DNA of 64,000 nt from Dicyema japonicum (GCA_011109175.1 RDEW01000025.1:93990-157989), one strand, 5' to 3'. Counted from the stretch's first letter, positions 25,085-37,596 are shown. Notes: a model not told the origin generated them from the letters alone. A program made the numbers and translations.

Positions 25085-25735
25085 ATGGTTGTGGTGTCGT
25101 CTTGCGTCAGCAAAAGGTTTTCTTAGTATTATTATATCAAAATAGTGAAATTTTTAATATTTTACTCGACATGCCACATCAGTATTGTTTTTGAGGTTCC
25201 CCATACCGCCAACTTGACAGAGGGCGGCGGTATGGGGGCTCATTTTGAGCCCACTGTCTCCAACTTTGTACTCTTATTGGTTCAATTTAGCTCACTTCTT
25301 TATCCCCTTATTCTTCTTCTCGTCTAAATTTTAACATTAGTTTTGGATTAAATACTAACAAACTCACATTAAGTGGATTATTTGTCTCTTCTCGCCTGTT
25401 CGTAAATCTTCCTCCAGGAATCCACCTCCCACAGTACTCACATGAATGGTAATGGGTTTTCCTACTTTAATTGCTTTATTTTGGCTGAAATTTTCTTAAT
25501 TATTAGTTTCGTCTTACTTTTGGATTTCTGTACCTCCCATCTGAACATTTTCGACGTTGTCTTCTGCATTGATAAGAGCCACAAAGGTCATTTTTAAATT
25601 GATTTCCCAGAAAGCAAGAAGATATTTAAAATGCTAATCTCCATTGGATGTCATTTCGTCCCTTCTAACAGCTTTGTGATGGTCGGAATTACTGACAAAT
25701 TATTGCTTGAAATCAACCTTGATGACTCACTTTGA
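25085..25735 (+). CDS. OAZ: Ornithine decarboxylase antizyme, expressed by +1 programmed frameshifting, spliced
   Basis: ORF1 ends TGT TTT TGA (25186-25194). The +1 frame reads EVPH...RLFVNLPPG...CFVLLLDFCTSHLNIFDVVFCIDKSHKESKKIFKMLISIGCHFV, matching the antizyme motif FAVLLEFAEEQL..HVFICFHK....LLRTFSFLGF. Introns at 25117-25145, 25268-25290, 25449-25506 and ~25587-25610. Confidence 0.9.
25189..25258 (+). promoter_or_regulatory. Antizyme frameshift site and 3' RNA pseudoknot
   Basis: Stem 1: CCCCATACCGCC (25199-25210) with GGCGGTATGGGG (25226-25237). Stem 2: loop GACAGAGGGC (25216-25225) with GCCCACTGTC (25249-25258), one mismatch. Confidence 0.85.
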
Positions 25736-26199
25736 GGTAAAACAGTCTGTTTATTCTCTTTAACTGCTTAATTTAGTCATTATGACTGCTGTGTCTCATT
25801 TTGATCGGCATGTTTGATAAGTTAGTATTATGGTACCTCGACTGTGGTATTGAATGTTGGAGGCTTAATTAATAAAGGTAGTATGCTTCGTATTATAATG
25901 GTGACCTGTTATTTTAGTTGGCGGAAATTATCTGGTGAACCTACATTGCACATAATGTCTGTTTGGTTAATGATGGACGATTATGATGTCTCCTCCCCCC
26001 TTTTTAATGAACTAAAGAGAGATACTTCTGAAACCCGATAATGTCTGCTTAGCTTCAATATGAACAATAAGCCTTGTCTATCTTTTTCTCGTGAGCATGA
26101 AGGAGGTGATGGATCCACGAGAAATTGGAATCCCGAAGTTCTGAACAAAGGACTGTAAGGTATACGAAAAAGCAGGTTCGACTCTTTTCCATTTAAAAA

Positions 26200-26435
26200 T
26201 TGAAGCAATTACGGATCATTTTATCGAACGAAAAGCGCAACGCATTGGCGATGTAATAAATAAAAGGATTTCGTTCTTCCTTGCTCCGCTGAAGCGGTTC
26301 TCAATGACGGGTACGAATAGACGTAATGCTTGAAAAGGGTGCGTCTCATTCCGACCGTGGAACTGGGATCATATAGTTAGTTGAGGAGTTTCTTTCACTA
26401 AACTGGTGATCCTGGGGAACAAACAAATAATAAAC
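26200..26435 (+). mobile_element. Jockey-like LINE 3' end
   Basis: GGGATCATATAGTTAGTT...GGTGATCCTGGGG followed by an A-rich tail. Confidence 0.6.
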
Positions 26436-26541
26436 GAAATAATCTATACATCACACAATATTCCTAGTACTTCACAACACACATCATAAATCAGCAAAAC
26501 CGAGCACACATAAAAAATTCAGCACTCAAAAATTCAAATTA

Positions 26542-27920
26542 TTACCGCCTTCGACTGGGACCAGACCATCCTCCATAACTTCCAGCAGAATCCCGTGATT
26601 CATAGAAATCTGAATGAATAAAACAGACAAACTTCTTTTATTTGTATTCCTCCCTTGACGACTCGGAGCACCTTCATAATGGCCAGCTTGTCTAGTTGGT
26701 CGAAATACCATATTGAAGGACCCATCGTTATTCCCGCTAAAGAAGTCTTCTTGATGCCTTCTTTGAGGATGACTTTGCTGTCCCTGCCATGATTGGGAAG
26801 ACGAAATTCTCTGTTGTTGCATAGAAAACGTCTCCTTTTGAGGAATATTAGCCATCTCCAACATTCTTCCTCCTCGGTCGGGGACATGATCAATTCTGAC
26901 TCGGTTGACATCACACGTGACCCGATCATCCATGCAACTAATACGATCAAACACAAGTAAATCTAAAAATATGACTTAAAAAACCTTCAGATGATGAAAG
27001 CAGATCCCCCAATCCCACGTGGCCTAGAGAACCCATCCACGATCTTAGTGACTCCAGCAAACCAGAGATATACCCCGTTTTAGCCTAAAATAAACACTTT
27101 TATCCAATAAAGGTCAAAATAGCACAAAAATACCTCAGCCTTTGGAGACTCACTCATAGACTTCACAGTGAAAGTAAGTCTTTTATATAAAAGGTCCCTT
27201 CTGGTTTGATAGTCGTTTTGAAGCAGTTTTACAATCCTTTTTAGGGCTTTCAACCGTTTTGGAGACAAGTTTCTCTTTACAAGCAAATCATTGACAGAAA
27301 TTTGTATTTTTGACGCCTCAAAGGCGAATTTTAACTAAAATAAAATATTCTGGAACTTTATCGTTGAAATAACTAAAAAATCAGCCACGTGTAGATTTAA
27401 TGGGGTGCCTCACATCCAAGCTCGATAAAGGTTAATTTAAGTTCGTTAACGATTTCTTGAACATTCTATGAAAGTCAGGGACATAATAAACCGACTCGGC
27501 AGATTTACTGTTGAGCTTAGAGAGTTTGACGAGTTCCAATTCCTGGCAAAGATACTCTAAAGACATTAGATCAAAGCCTATGCCGATTATTACATACGAG
27601 TTTTCCTCTAGAGCAGCTTCAATAGACGAGACGCTCACATACGACTGGAAGGGACATTCATAGAAATTCAGAACAGCACATAACTTTTGACAAAAGGCCA
27701 CAAAGGAGTCTGTAAATAACAGAAAAACCACTAACCAGAATTAGTGGGGACAGCAGGATGTAAATTGTAGTAAAAAGCCAATTTATCGACAAGGAAGCAG
27801 ATTATATCGGCATAATTGGTAACTAGTAAGTTGGTGTCAGATTCGTCAGTGAATTTGTATCTAATTGTTTAACTAGTATAATAACCCAAATAAATCGAGA
27901 CATTCAGTAACAAAGTTCAT
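26542..27920 (-). CDS. FAM98: FAM98 family protein (tRNA-ligase complex), spliced
   Basis: LEYLCQELE, LQNDYQTRRDLLYKRLTFTVKSM, VRIDHVPDRGGR, G/R-rich tail. Confidence 0.85.
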
Positions 27921-27989
27921 TTTTAAATATTTTATTTAAATTAAAATTTTAGTTATTTATAATAATTATATTTAAATTTTTTTTCCCTA

Positions 27990-28769
27990 ATGATTGATGT
28001 GGAGTCTTCTTCTGATACTGATTTGGATTTTCTAGAAGGTAAGAAATTCTATTAGTAATGATAAAATTTAACAAATACAATTCTTATTCAGTAGAGAAAA
28101 GCATTGATGACTTGCCAGATGTTTCAAAGGGGTTGACAATGAACATGAATAACTTAGAGTGCATTTACAACGATACTAAAAAGAAGTACTTGATCTTTGA
28201 TTTTTGGTTGCTAAGGAAACGAGATGGTCTATTTAGACAAAAATCTGACTTATTAATCAAGGAAACACTTCCAGAATTTGTTGACAGCCTATCAATCATT
28301 GAGAGGAGGAGAGACGAGAAAATTGCCTTAATCTGTTTGTTTTTCTTATTTAAATTAGCTGAAAGAAGAAAATTGAAGCTTGAGTACATAAATTCTGAAT
28401 TGTTGCATCAACTTGGTTTGTTGGAGGCTCAATTTGAGGTAGTTTCAGTTTTCCCATTTTTACTGTTTTTTGACATTTTTACTTGAAGGATGAAAAAAAT
28501 CAGCTCTATGGGAAGTTGGTCGAAACATTGGAAGAAGATGCGAAAAAGCTGCAAAATGAGCGAAATGATGCGTATTTTTATCTCGGTTGGAATTTTTGTT
28601 TATTTTTAGACAAAATTACAGAAAATGCTCAAAATGACGTAAATCCGCCGAAAAGAGATAATTCATGTATTTTGTTAATTATTTGTAAGATTTCAAATTT
28701 TTAAGCAAAGAAGACATTTATGATGATATTTTTAAGATTCAAAAAGTTGCCATTTTATTGAACGAGTAG
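27990..28769 (+). CDS. SDS3/BRMS1-like Sin3-HDAC complex subunit, spliced
   Basis: PEFVDSLSIIERRRDEKI...QFE-DEKNQLYGKLVETLEEDAKKLQNER; C-terminal EDIYDDIFKI. Confidence 0.65.
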
Positions 28770-28899
28770 TTGGTTAAAGAATATGAATGCTTCTCGTCTT
28801 AGACTTTTTTTAATTAAATAAAACTATTATTTTTTTAATTAAATAATTTTTTGTTCGGACTTGTTCCGATGTTGAGAAATACCAAGGTTCTGTATGCTG

Positions 28900-30613
28900 C
28901 TTGCAGGAGACTAAAATAATGACTTGATCAAATACATGGAAATTGCCGCTTCTGTTCCTATGTAATATTGGTTTCCAACACCCCGCGTGTCATTAAACTA
29001 CATGGACTGGGCAACGATTCTTACCTACCGAAGGCTCTATTAACATTTTCAACCAAATTGACTACATTTGCCGAGTCAAAAAAAATCACTCCTACGTGCC
29101 TCGAAGTCTTACGGGTGAACAGCTATCGACAGTGATCACAAGATAGTCTTTACCAAGTTCACAACGAGGACATCAACTCACCTAAGACGAAGAGAGCCAA
29201 ACGTAGATGTAAGAAGAAGCTACAAAATGGGACAACTGTGTTGCTCTACATCGATCAGAGACAACTACCAATTGTCAATTACTAGATTCTTCCGAAACCT
29301 GTATGCCGGACTTCATCCAGGAGGCACTTGGGTGGAGACAATGAAAGGGATCTTTTCGGCAGCAAATGAGAGTATCGGAACATGTTCCCAGCACTATGTA
29401 AAAATGTATACATCCAAATGTCCCGTTAAAGAACAAAGGAGACTATGATTACAACTGGAAAATACGTCTGATCCGAACAGGAACAAACCTTGAAGTCTAG
29501 AAGAACATCCCCAGAAAACAATCAAGATTTTGAATAAGAAGAACGCCACTTACCTACATGATCTAAAAGTTGCCAAGTTAAACTGTTCAGGAACTCATCA
29601 AAATGTTCACTGCAAAAACAAATAAACAAACTAAAACTCCATGTCGGGAATGGAAGATTCTTAACAAATCCCAAAGATCAGGCTGATTATATTGCGACGT
29701 ATTTCGAGGGTATATTAACTGTCCACGGAGAAATATCTGATCATACTTGTGGATACGCCACCCAACTCGATAGAGCTATCACACTTGGCGAAATCTCAAA
29801 TGAATGGCTTCCTGAAGCGGATGGAATCAATTCAGAACTTCTCGCCTGCACTAACAAACAAACTGGCGGAATTACTTAACTTTATATGTTTAGAAAAAAG
29901 AATACCTCGTTCTTGGACCCGGACTATAATACCAATACAAAACCTAACAAGCATGCTGGACCTGTTGAAAACCTACTCCAATAATCCTGCTAAACACTTT
30001 ACGAAAACTTCTGCCATTAGTTACGTTGAACACCGAATCAGAGAACAAGTGGACAACTATCAATCCCCCAGTCACAGTGGCGCTATCAACCAGAGATTTG
30101 AAAGTGCAACAACAGTCCTGGTCTTTGACATGGTCCGCCGTGGTCTACTTCTCAGGATACTGGAACAATTCTTAGACCCTGATTTTGTCAGTATGATCAG
30201 AGAGTTGTATCTAACACGAAACTTAGAGTGGTGGTCGGTAGGACGTTATCCAGTGAATTTACGTTCAATGTTGGTACTCCCCAGGGAGATTCCCTTTTGC
30301 CCCTGCTATTTTTATTATATCTGGAGACGGCATTACGAGACCTTCAGAAGTTCTATGATGGCAACATCGTCGAAATTGCTTACGCAGATGAGGTTGACTT
30401 TGTGTGATAAACAAATCGGCCCTACTTCGACTCCTCGAGGTGGCACCTGCTTAGTTGAACAATGGTTCCTCAGAATGAACACGGCAATAACCGACATTGT
30501 TGAAATCAGGAAAATGAAAACCAGATCAAGTGAAACGTGGCACAAAAAATAAACTTGCCTCTTTACTTGGAGACAGTCAAGATATTTCCAGAAGGATGCC
30601 TCGCTTAAGTAAC
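28900..30613 (+). mobile_element. Degraded RTE-like LINE (APE end + RT); host of the CRE insertion; resumes at 33807-33951
   Basis: NQIDYI and SDHKIV (APE); GTPQGDSLLPLLF and AYADE (RT). Confidence 0.75.
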
Positions 30614-30623
30614 GATGACTAAG

Positions 30624-33600
30624 TTTTTTTTTTTTGGCTTTATAAATTTAAACAATAGAAGTCAGGTAGTTGCCGCCCTCATCGCGTGGCTTTTCCTCTC
30701 AAAATTGCGAGCGAAATTCGTTCAAATAGCCAGCGGCGTTCGCGGAGATCTCCAGTGCATGAGGTGATCCGGTTTCCAAGACGTCCGAAAAACTCGAGTG
30801 TAGAGGGGGAGTAGGATCCGGAAGTCTCCATAGCAAAAAGAACAAATTTGACATCATCAGGAAGGTCGACGTATTTAACGAGTTTGGCCTTCTCCGCCTT
30901 TACGGATGCTGAACAGGCCCTTGTAGCACTCTCGTGAAGATTTTTCTGGGCGAACGTGTCCTGTACATGTCACATCTCAAACCAGTGGTTTCCCGGCCTC
31001 AAATGGAAATATGGTCATCCCGTCCGGTCGTTTCCCGTCACTTCTGCATAACCCGACCGGTTCAAGAATGGCCGAGTATCCAGCAGCATCCATAGCTCGC
31101 CTGACAATTTCATTCAGAGCCTTGTGCCTTGGGGATCTGCCAGCGCTCCTCCTGCAGGCGAGAGGGTGCAGGCCATAGCAAGTCTATCAGGATGCCCCTC
31201 GGGCACGGGTGAGGTACACATACTTTTAGTCCCAGCGCAGAGAGATACCAGTTCTAACGCATTCATCATCCAGAAAAGTGCCCAAAGCTCCATTGGGGAT
31301 GGCGTTTAGCCAAGCTCCGCTCTCAGGGAAAAAAAACGTGTTGTCGTTGTGTGTTGTTGTTTTTCGCCTATTGTGATTATTTTCCTATTTTTGACTTTCT
31401 CTTATTGACTATTTTCGCCTATTGAGACTATTCCCTTATTCTTGATTTTCGCCTATTGTTGATTCAGTGGAATGTTACTCGAAAAGTCATCGTCTAATTG
31501 CTCTGCCTGCAACATGAGCAATTTGAGAAAGTTTGGAATTTCTTGTTCTGCCTGTGGAGTCTTCTTTCAGCTCGGGTGTTTGAAGCTCTCTCAGGCCTCT
31601 ATCCGTGCTCTTGGGCTATGGCACTGCCGCTCGTGCCTTGGAATTGGTTCGGGGTTTCCTAATGGTCACGCGAGTGCATGTACCTCCGGGGCAGACCTTT
31701 CCAATTTGGATCCAGATTCGCTGCTCAAAATTATCAATGAACGCCGGTCATCGAGGAGTATCCCGGTGAAGATCCCTAAAGCAGCCCGCCCCCTAGCTGC
31801 CGAAGCCTTAACCAAAGCAATCGACGATGCACTCCGCTCCGACTCTATAAACGACTGGATACGTTTGTTTAATTTTGCTCCTTTCGCTCTTGGCTCCTCT
31901 AGAGATCGCAATGGGAAGGAGTCTCTCTCGATTGAGATGAAGAACAACATCCGCGCATTTATGGATGGAACTCACTTTACGGACCTCACGTCCTTCTGCA
32001 TCCGTTCAACTGAGACTCGGAGTTCAACTCGGGAAACGGAGATTCTTCGCCTAAGAAAGACCGTACGATCGAAGTTGCTTGAAGGAGGAACCCGATCCGC
32101 ATTGAAGGCCCTCTCACTCTCAGATGGACCACGCAATCCAACCATTGATACTTACAAGACGCTATTGGGGAAACATCCACCCTCTCCGAATGACCTACGC
32201 CATTGCTCGCCCCCATCAGAAGCGACCCCTTTGACACGTCGCCTGAGGATGTCATCACGGCGTTATGGAACTTTGCACCAAGTAGCTGTGGAGGTCTCGA
32301 TGGCTTAAGGCCCGGCCATCTTAAAGACCTTATTTCACCGACTATTGGAGACCAAGCAAGTCGTCTTTCATACTCACTCACTTCTCTTATGAACAGGATA
32401 TTATCTGGACATTTGCCTGATTTGATACGTCATATCTTGTTTTCGGCTAGTCTGATTGCCGTCGACAAGAAGGGAGGTGGAATCCGCCCGATCGCGGTCG
32501 GATTCACTTTCAGAAGACTAGCAGCCAAGATTGCTTCCAGATTTTCTACGTCAATCTTGTCAAAATCCTTACTTCCCAGTCAAGTTGGAGTCGGAGTTCG
32601 TCTTGGATGTGAGGCAGCCGTTCACTCCGTCAGAAGATTCAGGAACAGCAGCATTCAAGACTTTAAAAGGCACATTATGGTAAAACTGGACATCAAGAAC
32701 GCTTTTAACAGCTTAAGAAGAGACTGCATTCTGGAGGCCTGCAAGGAAAGATGTCCGTACATATTTGAACTGGTCAATTATTCATACGGAAAACCTTCAT
32801 CACTATTGCACGGGGATTTCATAGTTCCATCGTCCTCAGGTGTTCAACAGGGCGACCCCCTCGGACCACTGCTGTTCTCCCTCGGCATTGAGAGGATCAC
32901 GAAGCTCTCTAGATGCCCACTCAACATCTGGTACCTCGATGACGCTGTCTTAGGAGGTCCCCGGAAACGGTCTTCCAGGACTTAGAAGTACTCACCCCGC
33001 GCTGTCCGAGGTGGGTCTTCAGTTGAATATAACGAAATGTGAAATAACAAACTGTGGTCTTGCTGACGATGACTTCTCTTCAATTGTTCAAAAATTTTAC
33101 TCCTTGTTTCCCGGTGGGATTTCGACCCCTGAAAATGAATTGATTTTTCTTGGATCCCCGATCACTAGTAATGCGATGAAGCATGTCCTCCTTGACAAAA
33201 AACGACTCCTATGCGATTCGCTGGAAAGATTACAGCTGCTGGACTTGCACACAGCACTATTCCTATTGAAAAGAAGTCTCAACATCCAGAGAATCTCCTA
33301 TCTACTAAGGACAGCTCCATATTATTCTCAACTGGAGCTGCTCGAGAATTTTGATTTGTCTCTCCTCAGCTCGACGGAGCAAATATTTAATGTCCGATTC
33401 GACGATGATACATGGATGCAGGCTACACTCCAGTTAGATTCGGGGGTCTTGGGGGTCTTGGAATCCGTCGAACTTTGGACGTCTCACTTCCCGCTCATTT
33501 ATCATCACTCACGGCCTGCAAACCTTTGGTCAGGAGGATTCTACACTCCCCACCCGAATTCTCAACTGACCAAGAGATAATCCACGCACGAGAAGCCTGG

Positions 33601-33799
33601 AATGCCACCAACCTCCCCCTGCCTCCTTCCCAAGATCGCCAGCGAAACCTGGACAACTTATTATGCTGGAAATCATTTGGACTCCTACTAGAATCTGCCA
33701 ATCAGCACCGACGCGCTTGTTTGCTTTCGGGGCTTCCCCTGAGAGCGGAGCTTGGCTAAACGCCATCCCCAATGGAGCTTTGGGCACTTTTCTGGATGA
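30624..33799. mobile_element. Near full-length CRE-like non-LTR retrotransposon (PHD-like, RT, REL) with inverted 5' part
   Basis: 31329-33799 (+): Cys-rich N-terminus, IRPIAVG, GVQQGDPLGPLLF, WYLDD. 30624-31328 (-): RH...GKRPDG REL and poly(A). TSD GATGACTAAGTT at 30614-30625 and 33795-33806. Confidence 0.9.
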
Positions 33800-33951
33800 C
33801 TAAGTTAAAGAAGAGTTGATTTGGCAAACGACGATCCTACACATCACTTCGTTTAAGACTGTATGAAGTCTTTGTTAAGCCGATCCTTGACCTGGGGGAC
33901 GTCTAAAACCGAACAACTTAGACTAGATTCTTTCCACCAAACAACTTAGGT

Positions 33952-34200
33952 CAGAGGTGTCAAACTCATTTCGCTTCGAGGGGCCGATTTGTAATTATTT
34001 CGCATCGGGGGAAGATTAGTTTTGATATTTTTAAAAAAAATTATTTATCATAATGAAAAACTAAAAATAAGAAAAACTTAATTATTTAATCACACCCTTC
34101 AATTTTGGTGAAAGCTACTTCCAGAAGATTAAATCTTTTTTGAATACAATTTTTGATTATACATAGTTTGTATCAAATTAAAAAATATTATTATAGAATG
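33952..34200 (-). mobile_element. hAT element end
   Basis: TIR-like CAGAGGTGTCAAACTC; 34040-34140 matches hAT internal sequence 39945-40050. Confidence 0.6.
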
Positions 34201-34664
34201 TAATCAATATTTATTATATTTCGGTCTTAAAATTTCGTCTTTTGTGAGAATCGTTAATATTAGCGATATTAGATCTTTCAACAGAGGCAGAACTAGAAGT
34301 TATAAGCTGAAATAGTAACTTTCAAAAAAGAGTAGAGCATAGTACAAAGTTTTTGCATAAAATAAATAATAAATAAATCTTAATCTTTTACATAAGTTTG
34401 GTAACAATCCAAACTATTTCGCAAAGATTTGAAAAGTATTATTTTTGCTGCACTAAACCAAGTAAAGTAGCTTTTTTGGATTAATGAATTTTTCATTTAA
34501 TGGGTATTTTACTTAATGATCCAAATTTTAATTTTTAATGATTTTCCACTCAAAATTGAAATTTAATAAATTTTTATTAATGATCTTAATTATATTTAAA
34601 AATAAATTAATAATTAAATAAATAATTTTGTAAATGTACACGTGCCGTAAAGTTAGTAATGTAA

Positions 34665-34850
34665 GAAAATAAGGAAAACATACTCTTTCAAACAAAAAAA
34701 GGAAGTCATCGAGTACAAAAAAATTTTCCGTCTTCACTCAAGTTTCTCTAAGCAGAAAATTTAAAATGCCTGTTGGAACGATAATTTTATTTAAAAAAAT
34801 AAAAATACAATAATTGAAAAAAATAGGAAATGCAAAAATATTACAACTAG
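34665..34850 (+). mobile_element. pogo/Tigger (CENP-B HTH) relic, apparently interrupted by the MULE
   Basis: RKTYSFKQKKEVIEY...LSRKFKMPVGTI; possible continuation YEAL/IEWI at ~37330-37360. Confidence 0.45.
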
Positions 34851-34859
34851 CTCTTAAAT

Positions 34860-37313
34860 GGTTCCCATTCAAAATGGCCTCTTTCAAATATGGCCTCCAT
34901 TAAAATGGCCTCCATTCAAACGGCCTCCATTCAAAATGGCCTCCAATAAAATTTCTCAGGTTTTGGATACGTTCATCAATAGACATCACGAGATATTTTA
35001 CCAAGGTCCTCGACATCTTTAGGTAAAAAGTCATCTTTTTATATTATAAAAATTGATTTTTAAAGGTCCCTCGACATCTTTAGGAAAAGTCATCTTTTTG
35101 AAATCTTATAAAAATGATTTTACAGGTCCTATGGGTAACTGGAACAATTTACCAAGGTCCTCGACATCTTTTAGTGAAAAAGTCATTTTTGAAATCTTAT
35201 AAAAATTGATTTTAACAGGTCCTATGGGTAAGTGGACACATTTACCAAGGTCCTCGACATCTTTAGGTAAAAAAGTCATCTTTTTTAATATTTTTATATA
35301 AGTTTAAAATGAAATATTTATTTTCAAAGAAAAAAAGAAAATGATTATAAATGTTAATAGAACACATATTCTACTAAATTGAATATATATTCTTCGGATC
35401 ATACATATTAAGTAATATTTGTTCTTGAACAAATCTCAATATTATTCTCAGATAAAGCGATATATTTAGTTTTTCTAAAATTTTTTCTCCATTTTGTAAT
35501 CTTAAGAATTTAATCATTATGCCTTCTTCTTTATCAATTTCTTTACAAAATTTCTTGGCGTCTTGTTTAGTGTCCCAAATGTTTCTAAAAACGTTGTGCC
35601 AGCCTTCAATGAGTTATTTGTCCGAGGTAAGTCCTCATATAGATTATTATCCAATTAATTAATTGGAAATCTTGGAATTAATCCATTTTCTTGATTTCCG
35701 ATATAATTGATCAAGAAATATTGATATAATGGAGTTAGAATCACAGGAAAATCTGATCTCGACACTATCCAATCAAAAGTGTTCTTTACAGTATGTGTAG
35801 GAATAAAGGAGAGGCATTTCAACAGTTTTACAAATCTATCGTTAATTTTAAATCACATTTAACTATTTATATCTTCATTATTATGTCGTTTGAAAATTCT
35901 AGTTCCAATATTTTTTTTATTAATATTTTGTCCTAGATGGAACATGCAGCAATTTATCCGTGCGTTTGGAAATGATTTTTGAAAAGAGTTTATTGCTCCT
36001 TTTTCAAAATCTGAGACAATAACTCTTGGTTCTAAATCCGGAATGAGACGTTTTAATTATTTGAAGCATTGTGTCATATTCATTTTCAGTTTTTGATGTT
36101 AAAAGACAGAAATTATTGGAATTACATGGTGATTAATTATTACCGATATTGTGAATAATTGCTTCCAAGGAAGAGGGCAGACAGAAAAAGTCAATAGACC
36201 ATATTTTATGATTTTTTAATGGTGTCGTCATTTCAGAATTAAAAAAAATAACCATATTTGTCTCAACATCTGATAAGTTAATCATTAATATACCAATATT
36301 TTGGCGAAAACTGTGTCCAAACTGATAGAATCTATGCCCTCGTAAGGTATACATTAAATTCTCCTCAATATTAAGAACTGAATCATCACTTTCGTGTGGG
36401 ATACTTTTTCTTGTTCTATTAATCAGTTGTTCCAGAGAAGAATGAGTCCCTGTCAAAGCAATAGTTGTCAAATTTTGTCCAAGCAGAGAATTATTAATTA
36501 TCTGTCTAGGACCCATATCACATAAGAGTGATTTCTACCTTATGTCCTCCCGTATTAAGGCTCTCTTGACAAATTCACTCTTGGAAGATGATTATGTTCC
36601 TTCAGACTCCAAACTTCATCACAGGATAGAATAGTTTTTACAGGTCCAGGGCAACTACGATCTGAGCACTTCCAATATGTGATATGTCCCTTCCTGTATA
36701 TTAAATAATACAGATTTCCATCATGTTCTAAACTTCTATTTCCCTTTTGGTTAACAAGAAACGGCATGCAATAGTGAATCAATTAATTAATTAAATTATT
36801 CAAAAGTTTTATTATAATAAAAGAAATTAAAAGAGACAATAACTTATTAAATTTAGTTTTAATAAAAATAATTTTTATTCCGAAGTCAATTAGTATCTTA
36901 AAATCATAGGGTTTGGAGGACTTTGGTAAAATGTTAAGCTCACCCATAGGATCCCTTAAAATCAATTTTTATAAGATTTAAAAAAGATGACTTTTTTACC
37001 TAAAGATGTCGAGGACCTTGGTAAATGTTCCACTTACCCATAGGACTTCTTAAAATCAATTTTTATAAGATTTAAAAAAGATGACTTTTTTACCTAAAGA
37101 TGTCGAGGACCTTGGTAAAATCAATTTTTATAAGATTTAAAAAAGATGACTTTTTTACCCTAAAGATGTCGTTTCGCTAAAATCTCGTGATGTTTATTGA
37201 TGAACGTATCCAAAACCTGAAAAAATTAATTGGAGGCCATTTTGAATGAGGCCGTTTTGAATGAGGCCATTTTGAATGGAGGCCATTTTGAAAGAGGCCA
37301 TTTGAATGACACG
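34860..37313 (-). mobile_element. MULE/Mutator DNA transposon with ~400-bp repeat-built TIRs and a degenerate FLYWCH-MULE transposase (36767 to ~35340)
   Basis: YWKCSDRSC...HNH (FLYWCH); SDFEKGAINSF...CCMFHLGQ and EGWHN; TIRs ~34860-35290 and ~36905-37313. Confidence 0.9.
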
Positions 37314-37596
37314 CTATAAATGATATATAATTTACGAAGCTTTATTGAGTGGATTATAAATTCTCAAGATATATAAGAAACCCTAGGTTTTGAACTAAGG
37401 AAGTGTTGTGTGTACGAATAATCTGTTAAAATTAAAAGAACTTGAAGAGTTTTTAGAAGCTGTACAAATAAGAATTTTGATACAAGCTAAGAGAGCGACT
37501 TGCAGACTTTCCAAAAAAATAAGTCAGTAAAATGTCATTCGCTTCAAAACCCGGGAATAATTCATCCTAGGAAGAACCTAAAAGTATTTAACAGGG

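Noticed and set aside
34865-35290. CRISPR-like repeat array
   Set aside because: No unique spacers; these are MULE TIR internal repeats in a eukaryote
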